Source of the DNA: the human T2T-CHM13v2.0 reference genome, Homo sapiens
NCBI RefSeq assembly: GCF_009914755.1
Contig: NC_060929.1
Strand: one strand, 5' to 3'
Length of the DNA stretch: 64,000 nucleotides
Both the position numbers and the translations under genes were made by a program. The stretch's first letter is position 1, and every line of letters begins with the position of its first letter. Below the pieces are notes generated by a model. It ran no database searches. It had not been told where the DNA came from and saw only the letters and a list, made by a program, of their open reading frames with translations. Positions 38,410 to 54,280 of this stretch are shown one piece after another.

Positions 38410-39175
38410 TGTTTCCCTGCACGATTAGCACATAATCAACGAGCAAATATCTTGTGCATATGGCTACTGAATAGAGGACATGAGGGGCGGGGGGTCATAA
38501 AGGCCCAGCCATTTTGCAGGATGTGTGGCAATTCTGATGCACATACTTGCTGTGGTTTGAATGTATCCCCCAAAAGTTCATGTGATGGAAACAGCTCCCC
38601 TCTGGGTGGGCCAAGGCTTTGCCAAGCCTCCATTTTCGTTCAGTTTCTCCCACAGCTGAATCCTGCTTCCATTCACAAGTATTAATTCCTTATAAATGCC
38701 TTAAACCCGATACAACAGTGTTTGGAGGTGGAGCCTAATAGAAGATAATTGGGTCACAAGGGCAGAGCTTGCATGAATGGATCAATGTTGTTATCCTGGG
38801 AGTGGGTTGATATAAAGCGAGTCCAGCCTCTGGTACCTCTCTCTATGGTGAGTGTTCGCTTCTACCTTCCACCTTTTAGCCATGAGATGGCTCACCAGAT
38901 GCTAGTGCCTTGCTCTTGGGCTTCCCATTCTCCAGAACCATGAGCTGAATAAACTTCTGTTCTATATAAATTCCCCAGCTGGTGTTCTTCTGTTATAGCC
39001 ACAGAAAATAGGCTAAGACAGTATTCTTTCCAGCGCTCCCCTCAGGGTGGGCCAAGACTTTGCCAAGCCTCCATTTTGGTTCAGTTTCTCCCACAGCTGA
39101 GTCCTTCTTCCATTCGCAGGTATTAATTCCTTATAAATATCTTGTACCACAAACTCTGTCTCAGCATCTTCTTGC
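38410..39175 (+). mobile_element. ERVL LTR (LTR16-type) split by MST
   Basis: AAAGGCCCAGCCATTTTG...CAATTCTGATG | CCAGCGCTCCCC...CAAACTCTGTCTCAGCATC. Confidence 0.55.
38548..39020 (+). mobile_element. MaLR LTR (MSTC/D-like) carrying a 104-bp insert
   Basis: TGCTGTGGTTTGAATGTATCCCCCAAAAGTTCATGTG start, CTCCAGAACCATGAGCTGAATAAAC...GGCTAAGACA end. Confidence 0.85.
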
Positions 39176-39689
39176 TAAAAAGTATGGGTTGGCACTTTGC
39201 CTCAGTTTCTTTCAGACAGTGAACATAGTGCTAAACAGGAGGGTCTTAGGCCAACCAACTTGAAATCAAACTGTAACTTATATCTCAATCTTTCCTTCCA
39301 ATCTCATTCTTTAACCCTCCCTATCAGCATCTGATTCAAGCAACATGGGTTTGTTCACCTCCCACCTTTAAAACCCACTGCTCTGCTGTCTGGGAGAAAT
39401 GTTTTCTTCATCACTCTCTGCCTAAACTTGATTAATCAGGCTAAGCAATGTACCACAGCACTTATTTAGTGTTGATTTTGGCAGAGATGAATTTCTTCTT
39501 CTATGAAGTACTATGAATTTGCAAACACAGATTTAAACCACAGCCAAGCCCTAAACCAGCTAAGCCTGCAGTACGGTGGACTAGACTCAACAGGATTACA
39601 GAACAAGGCAATTCCAGGCCACTTCTGGGCCTGCCTGTAACCTGAGAAGGCTTGAGATATCTGTCACAGCTTCCTGTCTTCTCAATTAG

Positions 39690-40010
39690 TCATTCATTCA
39701 AATAATATTTATGGAGCACTGTCCTAAGAACTGGGGATGTATCATTGAATAAAACAATCATGTTCTCTGTCTTCTGAGCTTACAGTCTATGGTTAGAGAC
39801 AAAAATCCAGCAAAGAAGCAATTAACCATAATTAGCCATGCAGGATACTAACAGAATGCAGTGACGGAAAAATGAAGGTGATAAGTGGGAATCTATTAAT
39901 ACTTAGCTATCAGGGAAGTCTTCTCTAGAAAAAGACTAAGTTGGGCCTGAAAAATAAGAAAACACAAGCCATGGGAGAGTCAGGAAAGAGCATTCGAGGC
40001 AGAGAGGCTA
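39690..40010 (-). mobile_element. L2 3' fragment
   Basis: CATTCATTCAAATAATATTTATGGAGCAC...GAGCTTACAGTCTA...TCAGGGAAGTCTTCTCT. Confidence 0.75.
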
Positions 40011-40095
40011 CATCAAATCATTCTTTGTTTACTGAACAAGTAAGTTACTTCTGAGCTAAGCATTAAAATACAGGAGGGAAGAAAACTAACTTCTA

Positions 40096-40626
<531 letters not shown>

Positions 40627-40821
40627 TGCTTGTTTTCATTCTCTCAGGTATATATTTAGGAGTGGAATTGCCGGGTCATATGGTAATTCTATGTTTAACT
40701 TTTTGAGGAACAGCCAAGCTGTTTTTCACAGGGGCTGTACCATTTTACAGTCCTACCTGCAATGTATGAATATTCCAATTTGTCCACATCCTCGCCAACA
40801 CTTGTTATTGTCCTTTTAAAA

Positions 40822-40847
40822 ATTATTATTATTATTATTATTATTAT
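40822..40847. repeat. (ATT)n microsatellite
   Basis: Directly visible. Confidence 0.9.
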
Positions 40848-41769
40848 AGCTATCCTAGTGGGTATGAAGTGATGTAGCATCATAATGACTAATTATGTTG
40901 ATCACCTTTCATGTGCTTGTCAGTCATTTGTATAGTATATATTCTTTGGAGAAATGTCCATTTAAGTACTTTGCTGATTTTAATTGGGTTGTCTTTCTGT
41001 TTTTGAGTTGGAAGAGTTGTTGATGTATTCTGGATACTATAGATACTATACTCTTATGAGATGTATAATTTGCAAATACTTTTTCCCATTCTATGAGTTG
41101 TCTTCTCACTTTCTTGACAGTGTCCTTTGACACACAAAATTTTTTAATTTTGATGAAGCCCAATTTTTATATATAAAAATTTATATATAAAAATTGTGCT
41201 TTGTCAATTTTATATATAAATATACTAAGATAAATAAATATAAAGAAATATATTTTATACACACACATATTTTTAATTGCTTGTGTGTTTGGTGTCTTAT
41301 CTAAAAAACCATTTGCTAATCCCAGGTCTTAAAGATTTCCATTTATATTTCTTAGAAGAGTTTTATAGCTTTTGCTCTTATGAGTCTTTGATCTTTTGAG
41401 TTTTATATACAGGGTGAGAACAGAGTGCTAATTTATTTTTTTGCATGTGGATATTCAGTGGTCTCAGTCGAATAGTCGAAATAGTCGAAATAGTCGAAAA
41501 GACTATTTCTTCCTTCTCATTAAATTCTTTCAGCACCCTTGTCAAAATCAATTGACCATAAACATGTGGTTTATGTGTGGACTCGCAGTTCTATTCCATT
41601 GGTCTATATTTCTATCTGTATGACAGTAGCACGCTGTATTGATAGTAAGTTTTAAATTGGGAAGTGTGAGTTCTCCAACTTTGCTCTTATTTTTCAAAAT
41701 TGTTTTTCCTATTTTGTGTCCCTTGCCGTTGGAAATTTGATAGGGATTGCATTTATTCCATATGTCATT

Positions 41770-42092
41770 TTTTTAAAGTTTTTGGTTTGTTTTGTTCTGT
41801 TTTTGAGACAGAATTTTGCTCTAGTTGCCTAGGCTGGAGTGCAGTGGCGCAATCTCAGCTCACTGAAACTTCTGCCACCTGGGTTCAAGTGATTCTCCTG
41901 CCTCAGCCTCCTGAGTAGCTGGGATTACAGGTGCCCGCCACCATGCCCGGCTAATTTTTTGTATTTTTAATAGAGATGGGGTTTCATCATGTTGGTCAAG
42001 CTGGTCTGGAACTCCTGACCGACCTCAGGTGATCCACCTGCCTCAGCCTCCCAAAGTGCAGGGATTACAGGCATGAGCCACTGCTCCTGGCC
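41770..42092 (-). mobile_element. AluS (Sq-like)
   Basis: Full dimer with TTTTGCTCTAGTTGCC and GACCTCAGGTGATCCACC. Confidence 0.93.
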
Positions 42093-43649
42093 ATTCTATA
42101 GATCAATTTAAATAGTATTGCCGTATTAACAATAGCAACTCTTCCAATCCATGAACACAATATGTTTTTCCATGTATTTAGGTCTTCTTTAATTTCTTTC
42201 AGTAATGTTTTGTAGTTTTCAGTGTATAAGCCTTGCAGTTCTTTTGTTAAATATTTTTTCTAAGGTTATTTTTTAATTCTTTTGATGCCATTTAAATTGA
42301 ATGTTTTCTTAATAGGACTTTCAGATTAGTATCTTCTCTCAGGTAAAACCCCCTGACCTTTAGTTCCCCTAAGTGAGAATTGACAACTCCATTCAATGTC
42401 ATGTCTCCACCTGGCAGATACCTGTATTATAACCTATTACAATATTCCAAAGGCCAATTTATTAAGGCCCTATTTATTTATGCCAATTTCCCTTGCTTGT
42501 GGGCAAAGACCATCATGTTCTGTTCCCTTTCTTCACCCAGGACAAAGTGTGAACAGAAATAGCAAAGCCTAGGAATGAAGCTAGCTAGAGGGAAAAGATG
42601 GGTTTGATGTTTTCTTGATAATTCTAGCGAAAGGTTCAGCTTCACCCAGAAACACACTCTACATCAGTCGTTCTGAGAGATGGTGTTTCAGGCCTTCCCC
42701 TGTTAAAATCTATCCTCTCCTTTTACTCACAGCCAGTGTATATCTCTTCCCTAATTTTCCAGCCAATTAGAACAACTCATGACTCATCCTGACTTCCCAA
42801 AACTGTTTTGCAAATGGAGAGAAGTGATTTTTTTATTTCCTCAATATGTCTCTGGGTTCAGTCTAGCCTAGTATAAATTCTTTGAGAAAAACCGAGTTTT
42901 ATACTGTGTCTATTGTGGTTGTGCTGACTGACGACATAACGTACTTACTAATCTTCTGTAAGTATACAAAACAGTGCTTTGATTTCAGAAGAATGTGCAG
43001 ATTTCTTTTGTGGAGTGTGTATATTTCATTTTGCTTTCAGTATGTTTTTCAGTTGGCTTAACCTTTATCATAGAGATCAACAAGAGTGAAAGGGCTTCAA
43101 CTGCTTGTTCTTCTACTCATTGATTGTGCACATCATCTGATCTTCATGACATTCAGAGTTCTACAATGCAAGATTGTTGTGAAGATTCTATGAAATTATG
43201 TATATAAAGCTCCTGGCAAATACATATTCACATATGTTAGTTTTTCTTCTCTTCCTTCTTTTTCAGTATACAACATTCTTTCTACACTTAAACTTCAGAT
43301 GAACTGATTCCAGCAGAATGGACTCTTATCTTGACATAGGGGACCAGAGAATTGGAGCTTCAGAGGACAGGAGCAGCCTCATTTCCTGAATCTTTCCTGG
43401 ATGCCTACATGAAAATGTCAAGGGCATCTCCATTCCAAATCCTTTCAGTAAAAATCATCAGATAGTGTTGCCTCTGCAATGAGATAATGTTGTGCCCAAC
43501 ACAGTTTGCAGTTTGACTAATTCCTAATATATTCTGCAAGGATATAATAATCCCTACCTAACCCCTGTGCATTTTTAGTATTTTTAATTTTTAAGCTCAT
43601 GAAAACTCAAGACTGAAAATAAGTTCTCAAAACTGTTTGTGACTAAAAA

Positions 43650-44100
43650 CAACAACAACAACAAAATCTTTGCATTCTGACTGTGCGATTTGGGAGATTC
43701 AGAAGAGCACTGGGTAAGATTTCTTAAAGAACTCACAATCTGGTTGGAAAGATGGATATTGTATAATGCCAAAGAATCACAAACAACGTAATTCAGCAAT
43801 AGACTGTGATACAGACTTACAGTATCAGAGAAATTCTCAGAAGAGTATGACTAGAGGCTCTATGATTAGAGTGAGACCTTGAACACTGGGTAGAACATGA
43901 CACAGTAGGTGGGTGGATTTCCTAAGAGAAAGAGCATCCCAGGCAAGGGAGAGCAATGTGAGCAGAGACATTGCACCTAGAAATGGGTCTTGATGTTCTA
44001 AAGGATGAGGAGATTTGAAACTTCTTTACCTGAGAAAGGCATTTTTGCTGTGGCATAACAAGGAGATAATAGGAAATGGGATCAAATTACATAGACTTTG
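43650..44100 (-). mobile_element. L2 fragment
   Basis: AAAGAACTCACAATCTGGTTGG and AGCATCCCAGGCAAGGGAGAGCAATGTGAGCAGAG. Confidence 0.55.
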
Positions 44101-44799
44101 CTATTCTCTTTGTTTCCAGATTCAAACTCTCTCTTTTTAAGGGGAGAGGATAAGAAAGCCTAGAAAGAACAAGTGTTGTTATGCACACATTGAAGGAAAG
44201 TCTAGATACTCCTCTCCTAATTGATTGGGAATTCGGGATGTTTCATATAATCAAGAGGTTGGATGGGATCTTGAATGGCTGACTCCATCTCTCTGGGTTG
44301 AGGCAGGATAAGAGATAAGCCATCCAATACTGGTTTAAAGCTGTATTTTAAAGTTTCTAGCTATATAGATGTAATCTCTCTGGTAACTTTTCAATTCCAC
44401 AGCAACATTCGCATCAGAAAATCTTGCTACTAGTGTACTGAAGTATCTCTCATTGTGACCTATCTAAGCCCTGTGCATTTGTTCTGTCCTAGTGAAAATC
44501 ACAAACAGTCAATGTTCATAGCCAATTTCACTAGCTCCTCCAAAACTGAGCTATTGCCATTCAGTTGCCTTTTTGAACTATTAAATGACTCTCATCTGTG
44601 CTTAGTTGGACAATTGCTTCCACTTCAGGTTATTTTAAAGATTCTTCATTGTGGCTCACAATAGATAAATTTAGATGGCTTCTTTCTATTTTTCCCTATC
44701 ATCAATTCTTCTTCCCTACTACTTCCTAGAACCCTGGCTTCTCTCAATAACTAGTGTTTAATCTTGGAAATGTCAATTTCCATTTCATCTAGGAATACA

Positions 44800-45130
44800 G
44801 CCATGTGGAAGAAGCAAGCGTTGAGAGCTAAACAATCTTAGAATTCCAACTTGATTCCTCTGTGACTCTACTTCCTCATCTGCAAAAATTAATAATAGTA
44901 ATAGTACCAACCTCATAAGTTTGCTGTGTGGGAATTATAAAAAGTACTCCCCACTGAGTTTGCTCCATAGTAAGCACTCTATAGAAGCTAATGTTCACTT
45001 TTTAAGGCCTCATGTCATCAAATGCTAGCTGTGGCTTGACCTTTTAGCCTGTTTCCTCATCTGATAATGAGTATAATAAGATGTGTCTAATACATTGTTA
45101 AGCTCCTGACACATAGCAGCACTCGAGGGA
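44800..45130 (+). mobile_element. Two MIR fragments
   Basis: CTTCCTCATCTGCAAAA...AATAGTACCAACCTCATAAG and GCCTGTTTCCTCATCTG. Confidence 0.65.
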
Positions 45131-45984
45131 TGGACTCATTACTAGTGGGAAAAATTTGGTATTCACAATGGCCTGTCCACCCTTACTTTATACTAAAGGA
45201 AATGATTCCAATTTTAGGGTCAAAAATCTATTTAAATACAGGCATTTCCCATCTATGTCCAAAGCCTTCTCTGATTCCTTAAGATGTCCCATAAATTTTC
45301 TTTAGCTGTCATCAGTGGCGCTGATGGCTTAGTATTATGGACTACCATTTTATTTGGCAAAAAAAAAATGATAAAATTCTTCAGATACCCTTAGATTTGT
45401 GCTGCTGATCCCCTAATATTAAAATACTTTGTTAGATTTGGGAATAATAAAAAGAAAACAAAAAAGTAAAATAAAAATGTTTAAATTTTAAATGAATGAA
45501 AGGTTGAGTAGCATTTGGAATCGCTTTCAAATGTACATTCAGAAGGAAAAGTGGTCAGTGGTGGCTGTGGCTGGTGGGGGAAAGGGCTCAGATGTGGCTT
45601 CTGGGATTCCCTTACGACATTTGCAGAAGTGTGGGAAGGATGACAAGTTCTGCTGCACTCTGGAGCTGCTGAACCTGAGTAGCCACATCTAACATCACAT
45701 CACTCGTGGGGAGCAGAAGGATAAGGGTTGGGGGTCAAGATGCGGTGTTGGGGGAGGTGGAGGTGCAGCTTCAGCAGATCCTGGCAGGGGGGTCAGAGCT
45801 GGAATAGATCACAGTCCCCCCTCTGGGGTTCCCTCTCTGCCTCTCCATGTGTTCAAGACCATTACTGTGACTATGAAAGAGTTGCAGGCTCAGCATGAGG
45901 AGCAGCATCAGGACAGAATATAGTGCTCTGAGGCTTGGCCAATTACGTCTTAGGTCAGCTCAATATTAGTTGTTCTGTTGCTAA

Positions 45985-46210
45985 TGTAATTTTATTACTA
46001 TATTTACTATGTGTCAGGTGCAAGTCTAAACACTTTACATTTATTTTCTCAGCTAATTTTTGTAGCAACCATATAAGGGGTAGTTCCATTTCACAAATGA
46101 GAAACTAAAGCACAGGGAGGCCAGGTAGCTTGCTCAAGCTAGTATGTTCACAAGGCAACTCAGAGGTTTAGCCCCAGAGCACCATATGTAACCATGGATT
46201 TATACTACCT
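45985..46210 (-). mobile_element. MIR
   Basis: TTTACTATGTGTCAGG...CCATTTCACAAATGAGAAACTAAAGCACAG. Confidence 0.75.
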
Positions 46211-46940
46211 TTCTGGAATGTGGCTTTCCAACATTCCAGTGTTCCATTTTCAGTAATTCTAGTCTGTGAGTGGGTAAATGAATTCAGCTTCTTAGGGCAC
46301 ATTTTGCAAATAACTTCCTATGGTGAACTGTTGTATGGCAAGTAATCAAAGAAATTCAAGCACCCGAAAGTGACATTAAACAGATGAAGACTGGCTGGCT
46401 TAATGATCCTTTAGAAATTAGATTGCTATCATGTTACCAACTCTTAAGAGTTAGGGTAAAGATACCTTCCCAGAAAAATAACATAAAACTAAAATCCATA
46501 AAAGCTAAATAGCTTATTTTCTCTTCTAAATACAGATTTTTCTTTTTTATTAATCACTAGTTGCATTTTTGGGCAAAACAATGTCTTACCAAATAAGTAA
46601 ATTTTACTATTTAAGAAATATATGATAATTTAAGAAACATACAATATTTTGTCTATCTAAATAAATTCAAAGATTTAAAGATTGGCCTTAGATACTGTGT
46701 TCATAGTGCAAGAAGAAGTGTGACTGGGCTTTGGAAAGAGATGGCTGGATCCCTGGACCACCACTATCTTTTGGAAACCCTGAGTGCAAATTTTGGAAAA
46801 ACTTCTCCCCTGACTAGACTAACTGAGAAAAGTCAATTTCTCTGACTAAGTGAAGTTTTGAGCATGGCATGCAGCTTGGCAAGGAAGAGGTTGGGCCCTT
46901 CATCTGGGTGTTTTTATGCACTAAGCAAAATGCCCTTTTG

Positions 46941-47250
<310 letters not shown>

Positions 47251-49389
47251 AAATGCACATCTGTAAGCAATGGCATTACTAGGCCCTTCATCCAAATTGC
47301 TTCTCTTCCATAGGAAAAGCCTTTGACATTCTTCTGGGGATCCTCTAGACCTCCCCCAAACACCTTGGTGTTTTTTGTGCCAGTGCATGCAAGGTTAGGG
47401 TTACACAAGGCAGCTGAAGTTTTCTCCTTCCCTTATCTTCTGATTCATGGGCTTGAATGATTTTGTTCTGATATACCAGTAAGAACACCATAAGCAGCTC
47501 AACTCTCAAAGTCCCTCTCAGCCAACATATTCATGGCTGTTGTCAACAATAAGGAAACTTTCTCCTCCCGTGGGCCTCTTAAGTTCATGGGCCTCAAAAT
47601 TTTGTGTCAGTTCCATCTAATTCCAAGGATTCCTTTCTAAATGAAACACAAATAAGTTGCAGAACAAACTTTTACCACTGCAGAACTTCCCTATCCCTTC
47701 TCAGTTTCATCTCCTTCTCTCTACCGCAGCACCTAAGGACATTGTTTTCAAAGAGAGACAGCCTGCCTCAGAGGACTTCATCCCTTCTCCAGACACACTA
47801 GTCCTCAGAGGTGGCCTCCTATCTTCTCGGGATCTTTTCCATCTTTTGATATTCAGCCCATGTGTTGGCATTTGGCCCTGTTCCTTGTCCTACATCATTA
47901 GATCATATACCAACATTGTATATAACTCCTATTTCTAGACTTACTCATCCCGTTCATCTGAAAAAGATGAAAATCATCCTAATCCAGTGAAGGTGTGCAA
48001 GCACCTTGAAGCCTGAACTACAGGGCCCCCCATACTGTGACCAATGTACAGTAGATAATCACAGCCACATGATCCTAGGAAGAGGGCAGAGGCAGGCAGA
48101 GGTATTTGGAGAGTGCTGTAGGATTCCAAGATGGACTTCTCATTGAGCCTGACTGAGGGGTGGGCTGGCTGGAGAGATAGGAGAGCTTAGGGCCTCCTTC
48201 CTCCCATGTTTGGCCTGAGTGAGCTGAAACCCTGTGCTAAGTAATCTTCACATTTTATCTCCTCTTCTTCATCCCCACTGCTCCTGCACTTGTTCAGAAA
48301 CTCATCACTTCTTCTCAGAAAATGTATAAAATGAGAAAAAGAAAGGCAGAATGAAGTCCAGAGGGGAAGAAGTCAATGGCACCTGAACAGGATCTGCGGG
48401 GACACAAGGGAGCTTGTAGACAAGTGGTGCCTGGCCCCGGGAGGAGGGCCCTCTCAAAGGCGAGGATGGGCCATGCAGGGACCATATCAACCTAAAAAGT
48501 CACCCAAAGAATGTCAGACAGTATGTAATGAGTATCCTTTTGATCCGACAGCTGAGAGTTTTTTGGTAACTCAGTGGGTAAAACTGAGAAGGAGCCAGAA
48601 TTTTGTTTTGTTTTGTTTGAGTATGCACGGTTTGGGTAGTTCCCTCAACTTTGGATGGCATTTATTTCTACACCATCACACACTCCTGGAAGAGAAGCCA
48701 CTCCAGGAAGCCTGGACCTTCTAATTGACATCCAGTTGCCTCCAATCCCACTCAATCTTACCTGTACTATTTGCCATCTCCTCTCAATCAAGTTCATTCC
48801 ATAATGATGTTTTCCTGAGTAAACCAGAAAAAAAAGAATCCTTATAAATAGGCAAAGATTACTTAGTAAAATAGGCAAAGGCTCTCAGAGCCTTTTTTCT
48901 CATGTGACATGCATGTATCTGAATAGGAACTTCTTGTTTCTGGCTGTTGAATTATCCAAAAGGATGGCTTTAGTGGTAAGTTTTGTGCATAAAGGAAAGG
49001 AAGGCATGTTAGCCAGTGGAGAATACATTTAGGCCACAGGGACCTTGTGGTGCTTCTTGGATTACGCTGGGCTTTATGCATGGATAGCAGATGAGGCCAG
49101 GGGAGGAAAAACTCTAGAGATGGAAGGATGGATGGACAAAGGAAGAAGAGAAGAAAGAGAGAATAAATAGCATATGCAATATGTTGAATTTGCACTGCTA
49201 GCAAGCAAGAACTTAAGTCACACACATACCCAGAGCCAGGCCCTCAGGAATATTTCTCAACCTTTATGCTTTACTCTTCTCCAGATAGTAAAACACCTAC
49301 AAAATATCATCAGGCCTTGTTCTTCAGCATGACAAAATGTCCTGCTTCTTGCCTCTGTGAACAAGGGGGACTGAGATTGTATCTCCTTT

Positions 49390-49770
49390 CCACAAGAGCC
49401 CTTGGGATCAACACCTATGGAAGGGAAGGGAGGAATGGAAAAAAGGGGAGCTGAGCTGGGATGCAGATCTGCTAGATGCCTCAGACAACCCTGCGGGGAG
49501 TTATGGAGATGGAATGCCCTTTAGAATTGTCCAGGGTTCAGGAGACAGGGGAGGCCTTTTTATACCTGCATCACCTAGTCACTGGGTATGCTTGATGGGG
49601 AAGAATCATGACGTTAGGAGAGGGAGGTGGCTCTCTGAAGCTGTAGCAATCCCCAAAGGGGGCAGACCTTTGCAGATGAGGTCTTTCTTCTGGCAGCACT
49701 CCCAGAAACTAAGGTAAAGTCTCTGTTATTCCTGAGGGGGATCCGGATGGCTTATCATGTCCATCACACT
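49390..49770 (-). mobile_element. ERVL LTR (LTR16/LTR33-type)
   Basis: CTTGGGATCAACACCTATGG...GCCTCAGACAACCCTGCGGGGAGTTATGGAG...CCCTTTAGAATTGTCC. Confidence 0.6.
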
Positions 49771-50319
49771 CCACAATGCTATATAATACCATAAAACTTT
49801 GCAAATAGAATGAAGGAGAAAATAAATATTGCAAAAGCATACTGTCAAATTTCTACATAACAGAATATTAGGTTTGAAAATATTACCCATTAGTTAAATT
49901 TCTCCTCCTTTTACAATGATGTTTGCCTTTAAAGGGGTCACCAGAGAATAATTTGTTTCACAGAGCAGCCATGCTATTAATACTACTGTTTAGAGATATA
50001 GAAACGACTTTGCAACTGTGAATTGCTAAGAATTGTAGAAATAAAGGGAAAATAAAATTTTCTTTTCTAATTTTGTCTAGTGATAATAATAATAATAAAA
50101 ATTACCTCTCTAGGTCTTGCACTAGGCAAGAAGGTATAAAATACCCTCTGCTTGCTAGGAGGCTATGGAAACTTTCCAGCCATCTTCTGGTCCCTTGTTA
50201 ATTTTCTTGAAGTTTGCAGCTTTCCATTCTTGAGGGTGGGATGTGGGGTCAGTATGGGGTAATGAAAAAAAACTCCACTCTTGAGAATCGGGCTCTTTGC
50301 TGGGCCAACAACTAACTAG

Positions 50320-51150
50320 CGCCATGTGAATCATCCCTTTTCAATGTTTACAGTGCTTGATGGTTTCCCAATGCCAAGAGGATGGAGTTTAGACCCTTAC
50401 GACCTCACAGCCTCATCTACAGCCTTCTTCTGCCTTCTGGCTAGTGTGTTCCAGCCATGCCCTCCTACTTTCAGATCCTGAAACATGCCTGGCTCTCCCC
50501 AGTTCCTGCCTCTGCTCATTTACCCTCTCCTGCACTATCTTTCCCCATTGCAACCCCTTCATCCTCCAAGTCCCAGTTTAGGTGTCTCTTGCTCCTTTTT
50601 GGATCTTCTAAGTTCAAGTCCACTTTCCTGCATGCTCACAAAGCTCCCTCTAACTTTGCCCAGCATTGTATAATATTGTAACAGGCTAGAACCTATTTAA
50701 AGCCCAGGATCCTCACAGCTCAATCCTAAATGCAGTCTGTATTTAAAGAAACAGTGGTCAAAAGTTCACAAAGTAATTAAGTGTTTTAATGTTTACTGAA
50801 GTCTCTTTACTGCAATCGAAAATGCCTGAGAGGGTGCACAATCTAAACTCTCAGCAAAACGTCTCAGAAATGCTTCCTCTCTTTATCTTACTCTCATTAT
50901 CTCCCCATGCACTGAAACTTCTATAAGCTCTCCAGAAACCAACCAGATGTTATCTTACCTGATTTCTCTTTGTTTCCTTATGCAATGATACAATTCTTCT
51001 CTTTACTACATTCTTTGATCCCTGTCATAACTGTTTACCTGTATCCACCACTAGACTCCATGATGAAAAGGATCATTTCAATCTTATTCACAGAACTTGA
51101 GATAATGCATGGTACATAATATGTCCTCAATAAATATTTGTTAAATGGAT
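50320..51150 (+). mobile_element. L2 fragments
   Basis: GAGGATGGAGTTTAGACCCTT...TTCCAGCCATGCC; ends GTACATAATATGTCCTCAATAAATATTTGTTAAATGGA. Confidence 0.6.
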
Positions 51151-51361
51151 AAGGACACATTATTGGGTCTTTCCAGGCTAAACTTTCTTCTTCCAAGAAG
51201 AAATAGCCTGGGGAATTAGAAAGGCACTTCCAGTTGAAATGGTTCACTACTGAACAGGGCCAGGAGGTCATGAGGAGAACTGTTTAAACACTTTGTGGCA
51301 CTATTTGCATTGAATGGCTCTCGTGGTTGATAATGATAGTAAATAAAGCACATATAGTTCC

Positions 51362-51666
51362 TTTTTTTTTTTTTTTGAGACAAGATTTTGCTCCTGCTGC
51401 CCAGGCTGGAGTGCAGTATCCTGATCTCGGCTCAGTGCAACCTCCACCTCCTGGATTCAAGCAATTCTCGTGCTTCAGCCTCCCAGGTAGCTAGGATTAC
51501 AGGCACCCGGCACCACGCCCAGCTAATTTTTGTATTTTTAATATAGACAAGAGACAGGGTTGCACCATGTTGGCCAGGCTGGTCTCAAACTCCTAACCTC
51601 AAGTGATCCGCCCACCTAGGCCTTCCAAAGTGCTGGGATTACAGGTGTGAGCCACCACGCCCATCC
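51362..51666 (-). mobile_element. AluS
   Basis: Full dimer; TSD ACATATAGTTC at 51350-51360 and 51671-51681. Confidence 0.95.
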
Positions 51667-51669
51667 AAA

Positions 51670-51915
51670 TACATATAGTTCTTAATATGTACTACAGACT
51701 GTTTCAAAGGCCTTGCATCTATTTGCTCATTTTATCCTTCTAACACCCTTATGAGGTAGGAACCATTATTTTCCCAATGTTACAGGTGAGGAAATTAAGG
51801 ACCAGAGACCAGAGAGGTTGAGTAATTTGCCCTAGGTTACACAGCTGCTAAGGGACAGCATTAGCATTTAAATCAAGCAGTCTGCCTCTCTGGGCTGTGC
51901 TCTTAACCACTACTC
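51670..51915 (-). mobile_element. MIR
   Basis: CCTTATGAGGTAGGAACCATTATT...TTACAGGTGAGGAAATTAAGG...GTAATTTGCCCTAGGTTACACAGCT. Confidence 0.85.
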
Positions 51916-52289
51916 TATATTTATTATTTTGCTACATACAAAACAACGTTCACAATGGAATGTGGAGTGGCATGTTTGCACGCAGCTGGGATGCAAGACA
52001 CCTTGAGAGTAGGGCACTGAGATTATATTTCAAAATGATATAATATCTGCATCCCTAAAAGTGCATTTTTCTAAGTTACTTTTGCTATCTGTTCTTCAAA
52101 GTCTATCTGGAGAATACAAAATAATCCTTCAAGCCAGTCACAAAAGATCACTTATTATATAATTCCATTTATATGAAATATTCAGAATAGTTAAACCTAT
52201 AGAGGCAGAAAAGTTAGTAGTTGTTTATGGCTGGTGAGGGGACAGATGTGAGGATAGGAAGGTGATAGCTAAAGAGTTTGGAGTTTCTT

Positions 52290-52944
<655 letters not shown>

Positions 52945-53337
52945 TCATTCACATCTCTGTGAATATACTAAAAACCATGGAATTGTATACTTCATATGGG
53001 TGAATTGTATGGTATGGGGATTATATTTGAATAAAACCATTATTTAAAAAAATACTTCACAACAAATTTGTCTTTAATTAAGTTTCTTGTACAGTGAAAG
53101 TCTGTCATTTAAATTTCTCTTTACCCATTTTATATTTACTGCTTCTCCAAGAATAAGGCATTCACAGCAGAAGTAGTTTTGGTACTTGGTGGATTCAAAT
53201 GGCATGTTGGTCAGCTACAGCCAGCAACTGCTAGAAAATTATCTTTAACCTTTAAAAATTATTATTACAAATAAAAATTTACTACAAATATTTTGGCGGT
53301 GTCCATTCCCAGAAAAGTCTTGTTAAACATAAAATTG

Positions 53338-54280
<943 letters not shown>

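Larger units (their letters stand above)
40627..42330 (-). mobile_element. L1MB-like ORF2 3' fragment, split by Alu
   Basis: AGGAGTGGAATTGCCGGGTCATATGGTAATTCTATGTTTAAC, TTTGGAGAAATGTCCATTTAAG and CTTCCAATCCATGAACAC antisense L1 motifs. Confidence 0.88.

Noticed and set aside
45305-45325. REST/RE1-like half-sites GCTGTCA and GGCGCTGAT
   Set aside because: Both halves are mismatched and the spacing is non-canonical
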